A stretch of 64,000 nt of DNA from a virus (lineage: Duplodnaviria; Caudoviricetes), in IMG/VR virus record IMGVR_UViG_3300009108_000480. One strand, 5' to 3'. Made by a program: the position numbers and the translations under genes. Positions 28,483 through 38,492 of this stretch are shown piece by piece (positions within the stretch are counted from its first letter, which is position 1; each line of letters starts with the position of its first letter). The notes below the pieces were generated by a model. It did not search any database and had not been told where the DNA came from. It saw only the letters and a list, made by a program, of their open reading frames with translations.

Positions 28483-29115
28483 ATGCCAAATTCTTTTAGT
28501 TGGAATACAAAATTTAAATCAATAATAATTGTCGACGGTGAATTATTTCAAAATGAATATACTGTTAAACTTTTTATAACTCCACACACAGCAAATTTAA
28601 AAGAACAAACAGAATATTTCGACAGATTAAAAAATCTTTATGAATTAGTTTTTGCAAATACAATTACCACATGGAGAGACGAACCTCTTTACCATATTTT
28701 AAAAAAAAACAGCAATAATCGATTTATTGAATTACCAAAACCTCCTTACGATCAAATTATGTCAGCAGTATGTTTTTGTAAAGCAAATGCAGTTTTAGAT
28801 TCTATAATCACTATTAATCATATTGAGCTTTCCAGTTGGCAAGGAGACGGAATTACATATTCAGTTGACAAAAATAGTCCAGAACTGTTATTATTAGATA
28901 CAAAGGATTGGTTTTCAAAAAAATATGAAAAGTTTCATCCATGGTGGTTAAGAGCCGATACGGCAACATATGACGAAGAACTTGACAAAGGCATTTATAC
29001 AGGACATTTTAGTTGGAACAACAAAATACCAGTTGACAAAAGCCACGAAACTCATGCTAAACTATTTGAATTCAATCCAAAGGTTTTAGATGGCGGAAAA
29101 GATAAAAATAAATGA
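28483..29115 (+). CDS. Hypothetical protein
   Basis: TAAGTA motif (28471-28476) 6 nt upstream; overlaps the next gene. Confidence 0.65.
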   Translation: MPNSFSWNTKFKSIIIVDGELFQNEYTVKLFITPHTANLKEQTEYFDRLKNLYELVFANTITTWRDEPLYHILKKNSNNRFIELPKPPYDQIMSAVCFCKANAVLDSIITINHIELSSWQGDGITYSVDKNSPELLLLDTKDWFSKKYEKFHPWWLRADTATYDEELDKGIYTGHFSWNNKIPVDKSHETHAKLFEFNPKVLDGGKDKNK

Positions 29116-29611
29116 AACGGGTGACTGCATCTATACAGAACAAGATGCAATAGAGTTATTATATTCTAATCCAGAATTAGATATATCAAAATTATTTTTC
29201 GAAGACCCTACACAATATAATTCAAGCATAAAGAATACAGGTACAAACTTATCTACATTATCAAAGGTTCCAAAAAGACCAAATCCTATTCATTTTGACG
29301 AACAAATGATTAACAAATGGTATATGCCAGACGAATATTACCAAATAGATGTTAAAAAATATCTTTTAGACAAATGTCAAACACAAGAAGAACGAGATAG
29401 AATAGAACAAGAATATATATTATTTGAAAAGAAAAAATTTATTCGTGTACTACAATTTTTAATCTATTTTATAGATACACTACGAGCAAAAAATGTAGTA
29501 TGGGGTGTAGGTAGAGGTAGTAGTGTAGCAAGTTTTTGTTTATTTTTAATTGGAGTACATAAAATTAATCCATTATTATATAATTTAGATATTACTGAAT
29601 TTTTAAGATGA
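29090..29611 (+). CDS. Stand-alone fragment homologous to DNA polymerase III alpha (DnaE)
   Basis: VVWGVGRGSSVASFCLFLIGVHKINPLLYNL matches DnaE GPGRGSAAGSLVAYxLGITxxDP; only 173 aa. Confidence 0.7.
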   Translation: MAEKIKINETGDCIYTEQDAIELLYSNPELDISKLFFEDPTQYNSSIKNTGTNLSTLSKVPKRPNPIHFDEQMINKWYMPDEYYQIDVKKYLLDKCQTQEERDRIEQEYILFEKKKFIRVLQFLIYFIDTLRAKNVVWGVGRGSSVASFCLFLIGVHKINPLLYNLDITEFLR

Positions 29612-29617
29612 TAAGTA
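29611..29617 (+). promoter_or_regulatory. Late-type variant ATAAGTA with AGGAG SD
   Basis: SD at 29627-29631, ATG 29638. Confidence 0.45.
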
Positions 29618-29637
29618 AAGTGTAATAGGAGCATATT

Positions 29638-30027
29638 ATGGTAGGAAGACCAGTAAGAAAAAGAATGTATAGAACCATGCAGGGTCGTATGGTTGATATT
29701 GAAAAACTACGAGCGGCAAACGAAAGTGTTAGAGCCATTGGTAATATGAACGTTAATGCTAGAGGTGATGTATTAGGTCCAGGCGGAACAATTATCACAC
29801 CTAAATCAGAAGTAATGTCAAAATACTATGAACAACCAAGAGGTAAAGTAGACGAAACTCCATCAAGATCAAAGCCTACTGCACCTAGAAGAGTTGCACC
29901 TGTATCTAAAACACAAACAATGACTCCAGTTGCTAAACCAACTTTAGAAAAACAAACAGAAGTTTTTAAACCAAAAACTGAGACTGCTAAAAAAGGTATC
30001 GACGCGGCATTAGACGGTATAGAGTAA
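29638..30027 (+). CDS. Hypothetical protein
   Basis: SD present; AIGNMNVNARGDVLG motif. Confidence 0.65.
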   Translation: MVGRPVRKRMYRTMQGRMVDIEKLRAANESVRAIGNMNVNARGDVLGPGGTIITPKSEVMSKYYEQPRGKVDETPSRSKPTAPRRVAPVSKTQTMTPVAKPTLEKQTEVFKPKTETAKKGIDAALDGIE

Positions 30028-30030
30028 ACA

Positions 30031-30756
30031 ATGCCGGGACACCGGAACTGTATTGTTCAGTATTTTATAGATCCATTTAAATATAGCCAACCAAAATATA
30101 ATAAGTTGTTAACAAACCAACAAGAATTGGCTGACCTTTCCGCTAAATCTTTTAAAAATTATGCAGAAAAATACAACTGTGATTTTATTAGAATTACAGA
30201 ACCTAAATTAAACCATGTACATCCTACATTTGAAAGATTCGATCTTTGGTTAAATCTAAAGTGGTGGGACAAGTACGATCAAATAATGTATATAGATAGT
30301 GATGTATTTGCTTTACCAAATGCACCTAATATTTTTGAAGAATATCCTGATACAGAATCTTTTAAAGTATGTAAGTATCCTACGTTTGAAGACGCAAAAC
30401 TTGGAGAACAAACTGATGTTTTTTATAAAGGATTATTATTACAATGTAAACTTCGACACGTAATTAAAAAAGGTTTCCAACCTGGTGTGTTTATTCTTAC
30501 AAAAAAAGCCGTTGACATAATGAAAACGTGGATTGAATTATATAAAAAATTAGATCACCACGATGGAGAAATATTAATATGGGCTACAATTAAAAGTAAT
30601 GTAAAAATTACTAAAATGAATGAATATTACAATTATAAAAATGCTCATATGAGAGGACATCCAAAGGTTTATTTTTTTCATGCCGCTGGTCATAAAAAAG
30701 GTTCTATGCAAAAGGAAAGCATTTTAAACTTCCTAGCTAAAAATGGAATTAAATGA
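30031..30756 (+). CDS. Glycosyltransferase (GT-A, GT8-like)
   Basis: ERFDLW, MYIDSDV (DxD), FQPGVF, FFHAAG. Confidence 0.7.
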   Translation: MPGHRNCIVQYFIDPFKYSQPKYNKLLTNQQELADLSAKSFKNYAEKYNCDFIRITEPKLNHVHPTFERFDLWLNLKWWDKYDQIMYIDSDVFALPNAPNIFEEYPDTESFKVCKYPTFEDAKLGEQTDVFYKGLLLQCKLRHVIKKGFQPGVFILTKKAVDIMKTWIELYKKLDHHDGEILIWATIKSNVKITKMNEYYNYKNAHMRGHPKVYFFHAAGHKKGSMQKESILNFLAKNGIK

Positions 30757-30807
30757 AAAAAACAAAAAAGATCATATACTAATTTCGTCCAATTAAATAG
30801 TCACATA

Positions 30808-31284
30808 ATGATTCTTATATCACACCGTGGTAATATAAATGGTAAATTACCTAATAGAGAAAATACTATCAGCTATATTGAAGAAGCAATAACAAAAGGC
30901 TTTGACGTAGAAATTGACATTTGCAAATGGGATGGCAAAAACTTTTTTCTTGGGCATGACGAACCTCAAGAAGCAATATCACCAGAGTGGTTAAAAAATA
31001 ATCCTGTATGGTGCCATGCAAAAAATTACAAAGCATTAGAACAATTAATAAAATATGACATACATTGTTTTTGGCATCAAAATGACAATTACACAATAAC
31101 ATCTCATGGATACATATGGGCATACCCAGGACAAACAGGTGGTAATAGAACAATAGCAGTACATCCACATGAAATATCTGAAGAAGAAGTTAAAAAATGT
31201 GACGGTGTATGTTCTGATAATATAGAAAAATATAAAAAAAATGAACTGTTTAAAGATGGTTACTATGAAGGTTGGCTGATTTAG
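30808..31284 (+). CDS. GDPD/PI-PLC-like phosphodiesterase
   Basis: ISHRGN..EN...GFDVEIDI..LGHD..WCHAKN; TTAAATA at 30793-30799. Confidence 0.7.
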   Translation: MILISHRGNINGKLPNRENTISYIEEAITKGFDVEIDICKWDGKNFFLGHDEPQEAISPEWLKNNPVWCHAKNYKALEQLIKYDIHCFWHQNDNYTITSHGYIWAYPGQTGGNRTIAVHPHEISEEEVKKCDGVCSDNIEKYKKNELFKDGYYEGWLI

Positions 31285-31286
31285 AA

Positions 31287-31823
31287 ATGATTAAACTATT
31301 AATTTTAGACGTCGATGGAATTCTTACAGATGGGAAAAAATATTATAATAATAAAGGTGATGTTGTTATGAAAACTTTTTGTGATAAAGATTGGACAGCA
31401 ATTAAAAGATTTAAAGCATTAGGAACCAATGTTGTATTTTTAACTGGTGATCCATTTAATGAAGCAATAGCAAAAAATAGAAACATTGATGTTTATATTA
31501 ATAGAAAAGGTGGCAAACACACAGACAAATCAAAATACGTTGACGAATTATGTAAAAAATATAAAGTTTCTTTAAAAGAAACTGCTTTTGCTGGTGACGA
31601 TATATTTGATATTGAAATAATGAAAAAAATTAAATGGAGTTTTTGTCCAATGAATTCTCCTTCTATTGTACAACAATATGCAGATATAATAGATGCTGAT
31701 AGTGGTGAAAATTTTATAATGACATTATTTGATCTTATGTTAGATTACAAATTAATTCCAAAACATAATTTTGACGAACATCTAAAAAAAGTTTATACAC
31801 TAGACGAAAAGGAAAAATTTTAA
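31287..31823 (+). CDS. KdsC-like HAD phosphatase
   Basis: LILDVDGILTDG, FLTG, AFAGDDIFD. Confidence 0.85.
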   Translation: MIKLLILDVDGILTDGKKYYNNKGDVVMKTFCDKDWTAIKRFKALGTNVVFLTGDPFNEAIAKNRNIDVYINRKGGKHTDKSKYVDELCKKYKVSLKETAFAGDDIFDIEIMKKIKWSFCPMNSPSIVQQYADIIDADSGENFIMTLFDLMLDYKLIPKHNFDEHLKKVYTLDEKEKF

Positions 31824-32500
31824 TGCACGATATTACTCTATATGGCCATTTAACAGTTGATAGAATATTTGATGGGCTGACAGAACGTCAAACATTAGGT
31901 GCTATGGCTAATATGTGGAGAACATTTAAAAGTATATCTTCTAATTTAAATGTAGGACTATGTCCAACATCTATTGGAGAAGCATTAATTTACGTTGACA
32001 GAGATTCGTGTACAAGATATTCAAATGCTGTATTGGATATAAAAACTAAACCCCCTATTATTAAAGAATCAAAAATATCACACGCACTTTATATTAATAA
32101 ATTACCAGATACAACTTTTTTAAGCAAATTACCTGGCATAATATCAGCTGACGTATGTGCAGGTAAAAAAGTCGACGAAAATTTATTACAATACTTAGAT
32201 TATTTTTTTATTTCCGACGAAGATGCATTTGCTGATATTACTACAATGGCTAAACTTACAAAAGGTTGGATAATATTACATACAAATAAAAGTAGTGTAA
32301 TTTCAGACGGAACAACTGAAAAAAAATATAAACTAGACAACTCTTTATTTGTACCAAATAGTAATATACTTGGTGCTGGCGATATGTTTGCTAGTTGTTT
32401 TTTATACGCCATACATACAAATAGAGAAGTTGTTGAAGCTGTGTCATATGCACACGAAACAACAAGTAAATTAATAAAAAAAGAAAATGAAAAAATATAA
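31823..32500 (+). CDS. PfkB-family carbohydrate kinase
   Basis: ILGAGDMFASCF C-terminal signature; FISDED. Confidence 0.7.
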   Translation: MHDITLYGHLTVDRIFDGLTERQTLGAMANMWRTFKSISSNLNVGLCPTSIGEALIYVDRDSCTRYSNAVLDIKTKPPIIKESKISHALYINKLPDTTFLSKLPGIISADVCAGKKVDENLLQYLDYFFISDEDAFADITTMAKLTKGWIILHTNKSSVISDGTTEKKYKLDNSLFVPNSNILGAGDMFASCFLYAIHTNREVVEAVSYAHETTSKLIKKENEKI

Positions 32501-33641
32501 TTTATTATTACCAATCGCAGGCAAGGCTCAAAGATTTATTGATGCTGGTTATAGAATGCCCAAACCTTTAATACTTGCTAAAAACAAACACGTAATTGAT
32601 TGGGCATTAGATTCAGTTGATTTATCTCAATGTAATTTAATTTTTATAGTAAGAGTAGATCATATCTATAACTTTTCAATTGATAAAATTTTAAAACAAA
32701 AGTTTGGAAATGATATTACAATAGTTACAATAGATAAAGTAACTCGAGGTGCTCTTGAAACTTGTACACTTGCTAAAGAACATATTAGTAACGATTTACC
32801 TTTAATAATATACACACCGGATGTTCATTTTGGACCACAATTTAATCCAAATAGTATAGACAAAGATGCCGATGGATTCCTTTTAACATTTACAGCTAAC
32901 AGTCCTGATCACAGTTATTCTGATTACAACGAAGATGGTATAGTAACAAAAGTGGTTGAAAAAGAAGTCATATCTAAAGAAGCCAACGTAGGTTTATACT
33001 ATTTCCGTACAGGAAAAATGTTTTTACAATATGCAAAAGAAATGATTGACAATAATATTTTAGTTAGAAATGAATTTTATATTGCACCTATATATAACTT
33101 AATGATACGAGATGAATTAAAAGTTACAGCACACAATACAGAAAAAATGCACGTACTTGGAACACCTGCACAATTTGAATTCTTTGTAGACAAAGTTATA
33201 AACAGATTTGGTTCTAAACCAATTGCATTAGCAAGTGATCACTCAGGTTTTGACGCTAAAGCCATTACTATAAAAATATTACAAGAAAAAGGAATTCCTG
33301 TTATTGACGTTGGAACTTTTACAGACAAGGCTTGTGACTATGCTGATTATGTTTCACAAGTAACAGCATTAATTAATAAAAATGATTGCAGTCATGGTAT
33401 ATCTTTCTGTCGCTCAGGACAAGGTGCTAATATTGCCGCTAATAAAGTTAAGGGCATAATTTCTGGTTTAACTTTTGATGAATATACTGCGGAATATGCC
33501 GTAAAACATAATTGTTGTAATCACTTTTCAGTTCCATCAAAATATGTTAATAAGAGAATGCTTACAAAAATGATAGAAATTTGGTTAAACACTTCTTTTG
33601 ATGGTGGAAGACACTTTACAAGACTTAATAAGTTATTATGA
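32487..33641 (+). CDS. Sugar-phosphate nucleotidyltransferase fused to RpiB/LacAB isomerase
   Basis: N-terminal LPIAGKAQRF..YRMPKPLI; C-terminal ALASDHSGF, CDYADY, FCRSGQG..AANKVKG, HNCCN, FDGGRH. Confidence 0.85.
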   Translation: MKKYNLLLPIAGKAQRFIDAGYRMPKPLILAKNKHVIDWALDSVDLSQCNLIFIVRVDHIYNFSIDKILKQKFGNDITIVTIDKVTRGALETCTLAKEHISNDLPLIIYTPDVHFGPQFNPNSIDKDADGFLLTFTANSPDHSYSDYNEDGIVTKVVEKEVISKEANVGLYYFRTGKMFLQYAKEMIDNNILVRNEFYIAPIYNLMIRDELKVTAHNTEKMHVLGTPAQFEFFVDKVINRFGSKPIALASDHSGFDAKAITIKILQEKGIPVIDVGTFTDKACDYADYVSQVTALINKNDCSHGISFCRSGQGANIAANKVKGIISGLTFDEYTAEYAVKHNCCNHFSVPSKYVNKRMLTKMIEIWLNTSFDGGRHFTRLNKLL

Positions 33642-34270
33642 TCATAAACTCAGATAAAAAATATGTTTTTGTCTGCGTTCCAAAAACTGCAACAACTTCT
33701 CTACACAAATTTTTAGTAAAAGCTGACAATATGCCAATAAAAAAAGTTAAAAACGAATGGGCTGGCGATAAATGGCATTGGCCAATGTCAAATATAATCA
33801 ACGAATATCAAAATTTAAATTTTAAAGAGTATTATAAATTTGCTTTTCATAGAAATCCATGGGACAGACTTGTATCATCATTAATAGAATTTACATCCGA
33901 TAAAGGACACATAACAACATGGGCAAAAGAGTTATGTAATTATAAAAATTTTGAAGAATTTATATTAGATTTACCAAATAGTCAATGGAAAGACGAAATA
34001 CATTTTCAACCAACAACATATTATACGTATAGCAATGGCAAAAAGATTGTAGATTTTATAGGACGATACGATAATATGCAAACAGACTTACAAAAAGTGT
34101 TTAAAAAAATTGAGTGTAGCATTCAAGCATTTAATTCAGGACGAAAATGGAGAAAGGCTAACAGAGACAAAAATTATAAAAAATATTATACTAACGACAA
34201 AATGATTAACATCGTAGGCGATTTATTTCATGAAGATATAGTAACATTTGGAGATAAATTTGATGACTGA
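33638..34270 (+). CDS. Sulfotransferase (family 2)
   Basis: FVCVPKTATTSL (5'-PSB), RNPWDRLVS (3'-PB), HFQP, FIGRYD. Confidence 0.8.
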   Translation: MIINSDKKYVFVCVPKTATTSLHKFLVKADNMPIKKVKNEWAGDKWHWPMSNIINEYQNLNFKEYYKFAFHRNPWDRLVSSLIEFTSDKGHITTWAKELCNYKNFEEFILDLPNSQWKDEIHFQPTTYYTYSNGKKIVDFIGRYDNMQTDLQKVFKKIECSIQAFNSGRKWRKANRDKNYKKYYTNDKMINIVGDLFHEDIVTFGDKFDD

Positions 34271-35036
34271 TTGTATTTTACTATCTCACGTGTTTATTAA
34301 CAAAGATGAACAGCATAAAATTGATGCTGTTAATTTTACTGTACAACATTGGCGTAGACATAACCCTAATGCATATATTATACTAGTAGGACATGGTGAA
34401 ATTCCAAAAGAAAGCAAAGAATATGTTGATTGTTTTATTTGGAGACAACAAATAGAAGAAAAAGATATTAATGTTGGACATCCTTACTGTATTAATCTTG
34501 GATTGGATCATGCTAAAGAAAAAGGATTTGAAAAAATATTAAAATCGAGAGCAGATACAATACATTTAATAGAAGATATCTCTATATTCAGTAATAATCT
34601 TTTAAAAGATAAAAAAATATTAATAACACAACAAACTAATATTGATCGTATGGAAATGGGAGACCTTTTTATGTATGGCAATTTAAAATTTCTTAAAAAA
34701 TGTTGGAACATTAACACATGGTACCCAACTAAAACAGGATTAACTAGTTTAGCAAAAAACTTTTTCAATTTATGCAAAGAAGATAATTGGCGAGATGCAT
34801 TAATTAACAATACATCTTTTGTTAACATTTTTAATCTTAAATGGATTGATTTTAGAGCAAATTGGACAGAATTAAAAGATATGCAAGAACAAATGTTACA
34901 AAATAAATTAATAAACTTTGAAAAGTATTTGTGGGGATCAAAAGAACAATGGCACGTATGGAATAAAGAAGGAAATCTAATTTATACACATCCTAAAATA
35001 GGTAAAATAACTACAGAAAAGGATTGGCCTATATGA
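34263..35036 (+). CDS. Hypothetical glycan-related protein (WavE/GT-like)
   Basis: KILKSRAD, MGDLFMYG; glycan cluster context. Confidence 0.5.
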   Translation: MTDCILLSHVFINKDEQHKIDAVNFTVQHWRRHNPNAYIILVGHGEIPKESKEYVDCFIWRQQIEEKDINVGHPYCINLGLDHAKEKGFEKILKSRADTIHLIEDISIFSNNLLKDKKILITQQTNIDRMEMGDLFMYGNLKFLKKCWNINTWYPTKTGLTSLAKNFFNLCKEDNWRDALINNTSFVNIFNLKWIDFRANWTELKDMQEQMLQNKLINFEKYLWGSKEQWHVWNKEGNLIYTHPKIGKITTEKDWPI

Positions 35037-35758
35037 TAGCAGTTTGCGTTTCTGGAATATCAAGTTTTACACCAGAATATGAAAAGGTTATAGAATTACA
35101 AAGAAAAGTTTTTCCTTACGACTTCTTCTTTCAACAATGGGAAGGTTATCCAAAGCCTAATGTTCCTAATTGTTTATTTGTTCCTGAGCCTAAATGGGAT
35201 TATCATGTTATGGAAGACGTAAAAGTAAAGCCTGACTGTAATATTTTTAGAAGATATACTAAAAAGCCTGACGGGAAAATGTATAGAAAAAAAAGATTAT
35301 ATACACAATTTAAACACTCTGCAAATCAACAACTTGCACACGCACATTTAGTTGCAAGTTTACCTGAAAAATATAAAACAATAATAAGATTAAGATTTGA
35401 TACACTAGTTTCTACAAAAGTTGACTTTGCTCCTTATATTAAATTAGCAGAAGAAGGCTGGGTTATAGGTTTTGATTGTGGACAAGCACCAGGTGGTAAT
35501 CCTGGTCCTGGTCATAAACTAGAAGAACAACCACAGAATTTACAACCATGGAGAATATGGGATCATATTCAATTCCACCCAAGAGATCGATTAAAAAATG
35601 TTTTAGAAATGAAAGAAAAGCAAGAATTAAATGGGTCTGAATGGGGTTGGTATCAAATATATGCTTATCAATTTAATAATATGAAATATAAAAATGTATT
35701 TGGTGGTGAATCAATTGTTAAATGGACCAAACAACCATTGCAATGGAATACATTTTAA
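35033..35758 (+). CDS. Hypothetical glycan-related protein
   Basis: IAVCVSG, IIRLRFD, IWDH; ATGA overlap. Confidence 0.5.
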   Translation: MIAVCVSGISSFTPEYEKVIELQRKVFPYDFFFQQWEGYPKPNVPNCLFVPEPKWDYHVMEDVKVKPDCNIFRRYTKKPDGKMYRKKRLYTQFKHSANQQLAHAHLVASLPEKYKTIIRLRFDTLVSTKVDFAPYIKLAEEGWVIGFDCGQAPGGNPGPGHKLEEQPQNLQPWRIWDHIQFHPRDRLKNVLEMKEKQELNGSEWGWYQIYAYQFNNMKYKNVFGGESIVKWTKQPLQWNTF

Positions 35759-35766
35759 GTTATAAT
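35738..35766 (+). promoter_or_regulatory. Sigma70-type promoter for groES
   Basis: TTGCAA-17-TATAAT; ATG 35772 follows 5 nt later. Confidence 0.7.
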
Positions 35767-35771
35767 AAATC

Positions 35772-36176
35772 ATGGGACAAATAGAAGATTTACAAACAAA
35801 AGGTTTTGGCTCTCATGGTGGCTTGGTAAACATATACCATGGAGAAATAGAACCGTTAGGTAAAAGAGTCCTTGTAGAAGGTATGCAATTTGGAGAAACT
35901 AAAACTAAAGGTGGACTTATTTTAGTTGATGACGATGGAGCGACTCGAGGCATACACCCACGATGGGCTAAAGTTTATGCTATTGGAAAAAGACAAGAAG
36001 ATGTTAAAGTAGGTGAATGGATTTTAATATCTCATGGCAGATGGTCCCGTGCTCTTATACTTGTTGACAAAAATAATATTAAACATGAAATAAGAATGAT
36101 TGATGAAGACGACATTCTTATGATATCAGATGATGAGCCAGAACATAACACAAAATTTTCCGAATATTCCAAATAA
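35772..36176 (+). CDS. groES: Co-chaperonin GroES
   Basis: IEPLGKRVLV, ETKTKGGLIL, VYAIG, VKVGEWILI, IDEDDILMI. Confidence 0.85.
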   Translation: MGQIEDLQTKGFGSHGGLVNIYHGEIEPLGKRVLVEGMQFGETKTKGGLILVDDDGATRGIHPRWAKVYAIGKRQEDVKVGEWILISHGRWSRALILVDKNNIKHEIRMIDEDDILMISDDEPEHNTKFSEYSK

Positions 36177-36399
36177 ATTTGAATGTGGACAATGTGGTAT
36201 ACACTTTGACAAAGCTACATATTGGTTTGATTCCTTATACGCCGCCAATTGGCCTATAAGAGAAATAATTCCTTTTTGTAGTCCTAAATGTGTACAAGAA
36301 TGGTATGAAAAAACAGGTGCAATTGATTGGCCTTTACGTGAACCAAAAGATTATCCTAAAGAACAAAGCTGGAAACCTACACAACAAATATTTCCATGA
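36130..36399 (+). CDS. Small Cys-rich zinc-binding protein
   Basis: CGQC...FCSPKC. Confidence 0.55.
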   Translation: MMSQNITQNFPNIPNKFECGQCGIHFDKATYWFDSLYAANWPIREIIPFCSPKCVQEWYEKTGAIDWPLREPKDYPKEQSWKPTQQIFP

Positions 36400-36767
36400 A
36401 AAGTATTATAATTGATGTTAAAAAAATTGTTACTCTAGCTGAAATAGGACTAGGTGCTGAACGTCCATTAAACAAAGAAAAACGTTATTGGATTAAAAAA
36501 CTTTCCAAACAAAAAAACCAAAAACCTATCCTAGTATCACAAATTAAAGATTCAAACTATTATATATTATGTGATGGTTGGCATAGACTACAAGCAGTTT
36601 TAAAACAAAAGAAACGAATAATTAGAGGTATTCCTATACCAATTAAAGCAGGATTACAACTTGCAAGAGCAAACAAGATTCTCCGAGACGTTGATAAGGA
36701 TTTTAACTACAAATTAAAGGTATCTGGTATTATTAACGACTGGGCTCAAGATCAAATTGACAAATAA
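36396..36767 (+). CDS. ParB/sulfiredoxin N-terminal-like protein
   Basis: PILV...YILCDGWHRLQA. Confidence 0.6.
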   Translation: MKSIIIDVKKIVTLAEIGLGAERPLNKEKRYWIKKLSKQKNQKPILVSQIKDSNYYILCDGWHRLQAVLKQKKRIIRGIPIPIKAGLQLARANKILRDVDKDFNYKLKVSGIINDWAQDQIDK

Positions 36768-36785
36768 CAATAACTTGTATATTAT
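36757..36785 (+). promoter_or_regulatory. Sigma70-type promoter for the clamp loader
   Basis: TTGACA-17-TATTAT; ATG 36792 follows 6 nt later. Confidence 0.7.
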
Positions 36786-36791
36786 TAGTAA

Positions 36792-37721
36792 ATGAAAGAA
36801 CTTTGGGTAGAAAAGTATAGACCAAAAACATTAAAAGAATATGTAGTTCGTGACGATGCACAACGACAACAAATACAATCTTGGATTACTGACAAAGCAA
36901 TTCCACATTTATTATTAAGTGGTGCTCCGGGTGTAGGTAAAACTACATTAGCAAAAGTATTGTTTAACGAACTTGAAGTAAGTGGTTATGATATATTAGA
37001 AATAAATGCTTCAAGAGAAAATAGTGTGGATACTGTTAGAGAAAAAATTAATAACTTTGTACAAATTATGCCATTTGGTGCATACAAATATGTATTACTA
37101 GATGAAGCAGATTATATGAGTCCAAATGGACAAGCGGCATTACGTGGTGTAATGGAAACATATCACACATCAGCAAGATTTATAATAACTTGCAATTATC
37201 CAAATAGAATTATTCCAGCATTACATAGTAGATGTCAAGGTTTCCATATGGAAGTAATTGATAAAACAGAATTTACAGCAAGAGTGGCAGAAATATTAAT
37301 TGCAGAACAAATGGAACCAGATTTAGAAACACTAGACACGTATGTTAAAGCAACATATCCAGATTTAAGAAAATGTATTAATATGATACAACAAAATTGC
37401 AGAGATGGCAAACTTATGCCACCAGCAAGTGGTGATAGTGGACAACAAGATTATAGATTACAAATGGTTGAATTGTTTAAAGCAGGTAAAATTAATGAGG
37501 CACGAAAACTTGTATGTGCTCAAGCAAGACCAGAAGAGTGTGAAGAGATATATAGATGGTTATATGACAATTTAGATATTATATCCAAAGACGAAGATCA
37601 ACAAGATAAAGCAGTACTAATTATTAAACAAGGATTAGTAGATCATTCATTTGTTGCAGACCCAGAAATTAATTTAGCAAGTGTTATGATTAAACTAGCA
37701 AGATTAAACAATGGGCAGTAA
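36792..37721 (+). CDS. Clamp-loader ATPase (RFC small / T4 gp44-like)
   Basis: WVEKYRP, GAPGVGKTT, LLDEAD, SRC motif. Confidence 0.93.
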   Translation: MKELWVEKYRPKTLKEYVVRDDAQRQQIQSWITDKAIPHLLLSGAPGVGKTTLAKVLFNELEVSGYDILEINASRENSVDTVREKINNFVQIMPFGAYKYVLLDEADYMSPNGQAALRGVMETYHTSARFIITCNYPNRIIPALHSRCQGFHMEVIDKTEFTARVAEILIAEQMEPDLETLDTYVKATYPDLRKCINMIQQNCRDGKLMPPASGDSGQQDYRLQMVELFKAGKINEARKLVCAQARPEECEEIYRWLYDNLDIISKDEDQQDKAVLIIKQGLVDHSFVADPEINLASVMIKLARLNNGQ

Positions 37722-37989
37722 ACATAACAAAAAACGATTTTTTTGCGTAAAATACAACATTAAACCCGATAAAAAGTTTGACGAATTTGTTGAACTATCA
37801 AAAAAGAAACTTGGTACAGGAAAAATGCTAGAATATACTGTAATATTAGATCTAGTAAATGAAAAGGTATTAAAGTGTGAACTTCCTGGTATACCTTTAT
37901 CCGAGAGGGATAATATTCCTTATGAAAAAGTAATTAATTACTACCGCAAGTACTATTCCGAAGCTATTAATCAGTTTTTAGCATCTTAG
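37711..37989 (+). CDS. Hypothetical protein
   Basis: Coupled ORF. Confidence 0.6.
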   Translation: MGSKHNKKRFFCVKYNIKPDKKFDEFVELSKKKLGTGKMLEYTVILDLVNEKVLKCELPGIPLSERDNIPYEKVINYYRKYYSEAINQFLAS

Positions 37990-38012
37990 TTTAATCGCTA
38001 AATAATAACATT

Positions 38013-38492
38013 ATGCATGATGTACTCGATATAATCAAAAATATACAATCTTTGTACGCCGTAGGCCCTACTTTGGGCATATTGAAGGACTTTGAACGAG
38101 TTATAGACGAATTAGACGTTTATGTTTTTAAGAACTGGCAAGACGGAGAATTACTTACAGGACCAGTAGATCACAGACATTTTGTTGAATGTTCTTTTAT
38201 GTGGCCTGAAGATCAAATGCCTGATCCATCAGGAGGTAAACGATTATTAGATAGAGGTTGTAAAGTTACATTTGAAAAAGATACATTATTTAAACCAAGA
38301 GAAATTAAAGGACCAGAAGATTATCGACCAGGCACAGTAAAAGGTAAAATTGATGGACACGGAATTTGGGTCGTGAATATTAAAATGCCAAAAGAATTAA
38401 TTGGCAATTTAAAACATGGTAAAGATGACGTAGAAAGCCAAGACGAAACAGACATTATGCCTGATAATCTAAATACAGCAGATGCACTTTAA
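38013..38492 (+). CDS. Hypothetical protein
   Basis: TAAATA at 37999-38004; MPDPSGGKRL motif. Confidence 0.65.
   Translation: MHDVLDIIKNIQSLYAVGPTLGILKDFERVIDELDVYVFKNWQDGELLTGPVDHRHFVECSFMWPEDQMPDPSGGKRLLDRGCKVTFEKDTLFKPREIKGPEDYRPGTVKGKIDGHGIWVVNIKMPKELIGNLKHGKDDVESQDETDIMPDNLNTADAL

Noticed and set aside
28865-28894. TTGACA-18-TATTAT inside gene 28483..29115
   Set aside because: Intragenic, with a long spacer and about 200 nt from the next start; plausible by chance in AT-rich DNA.
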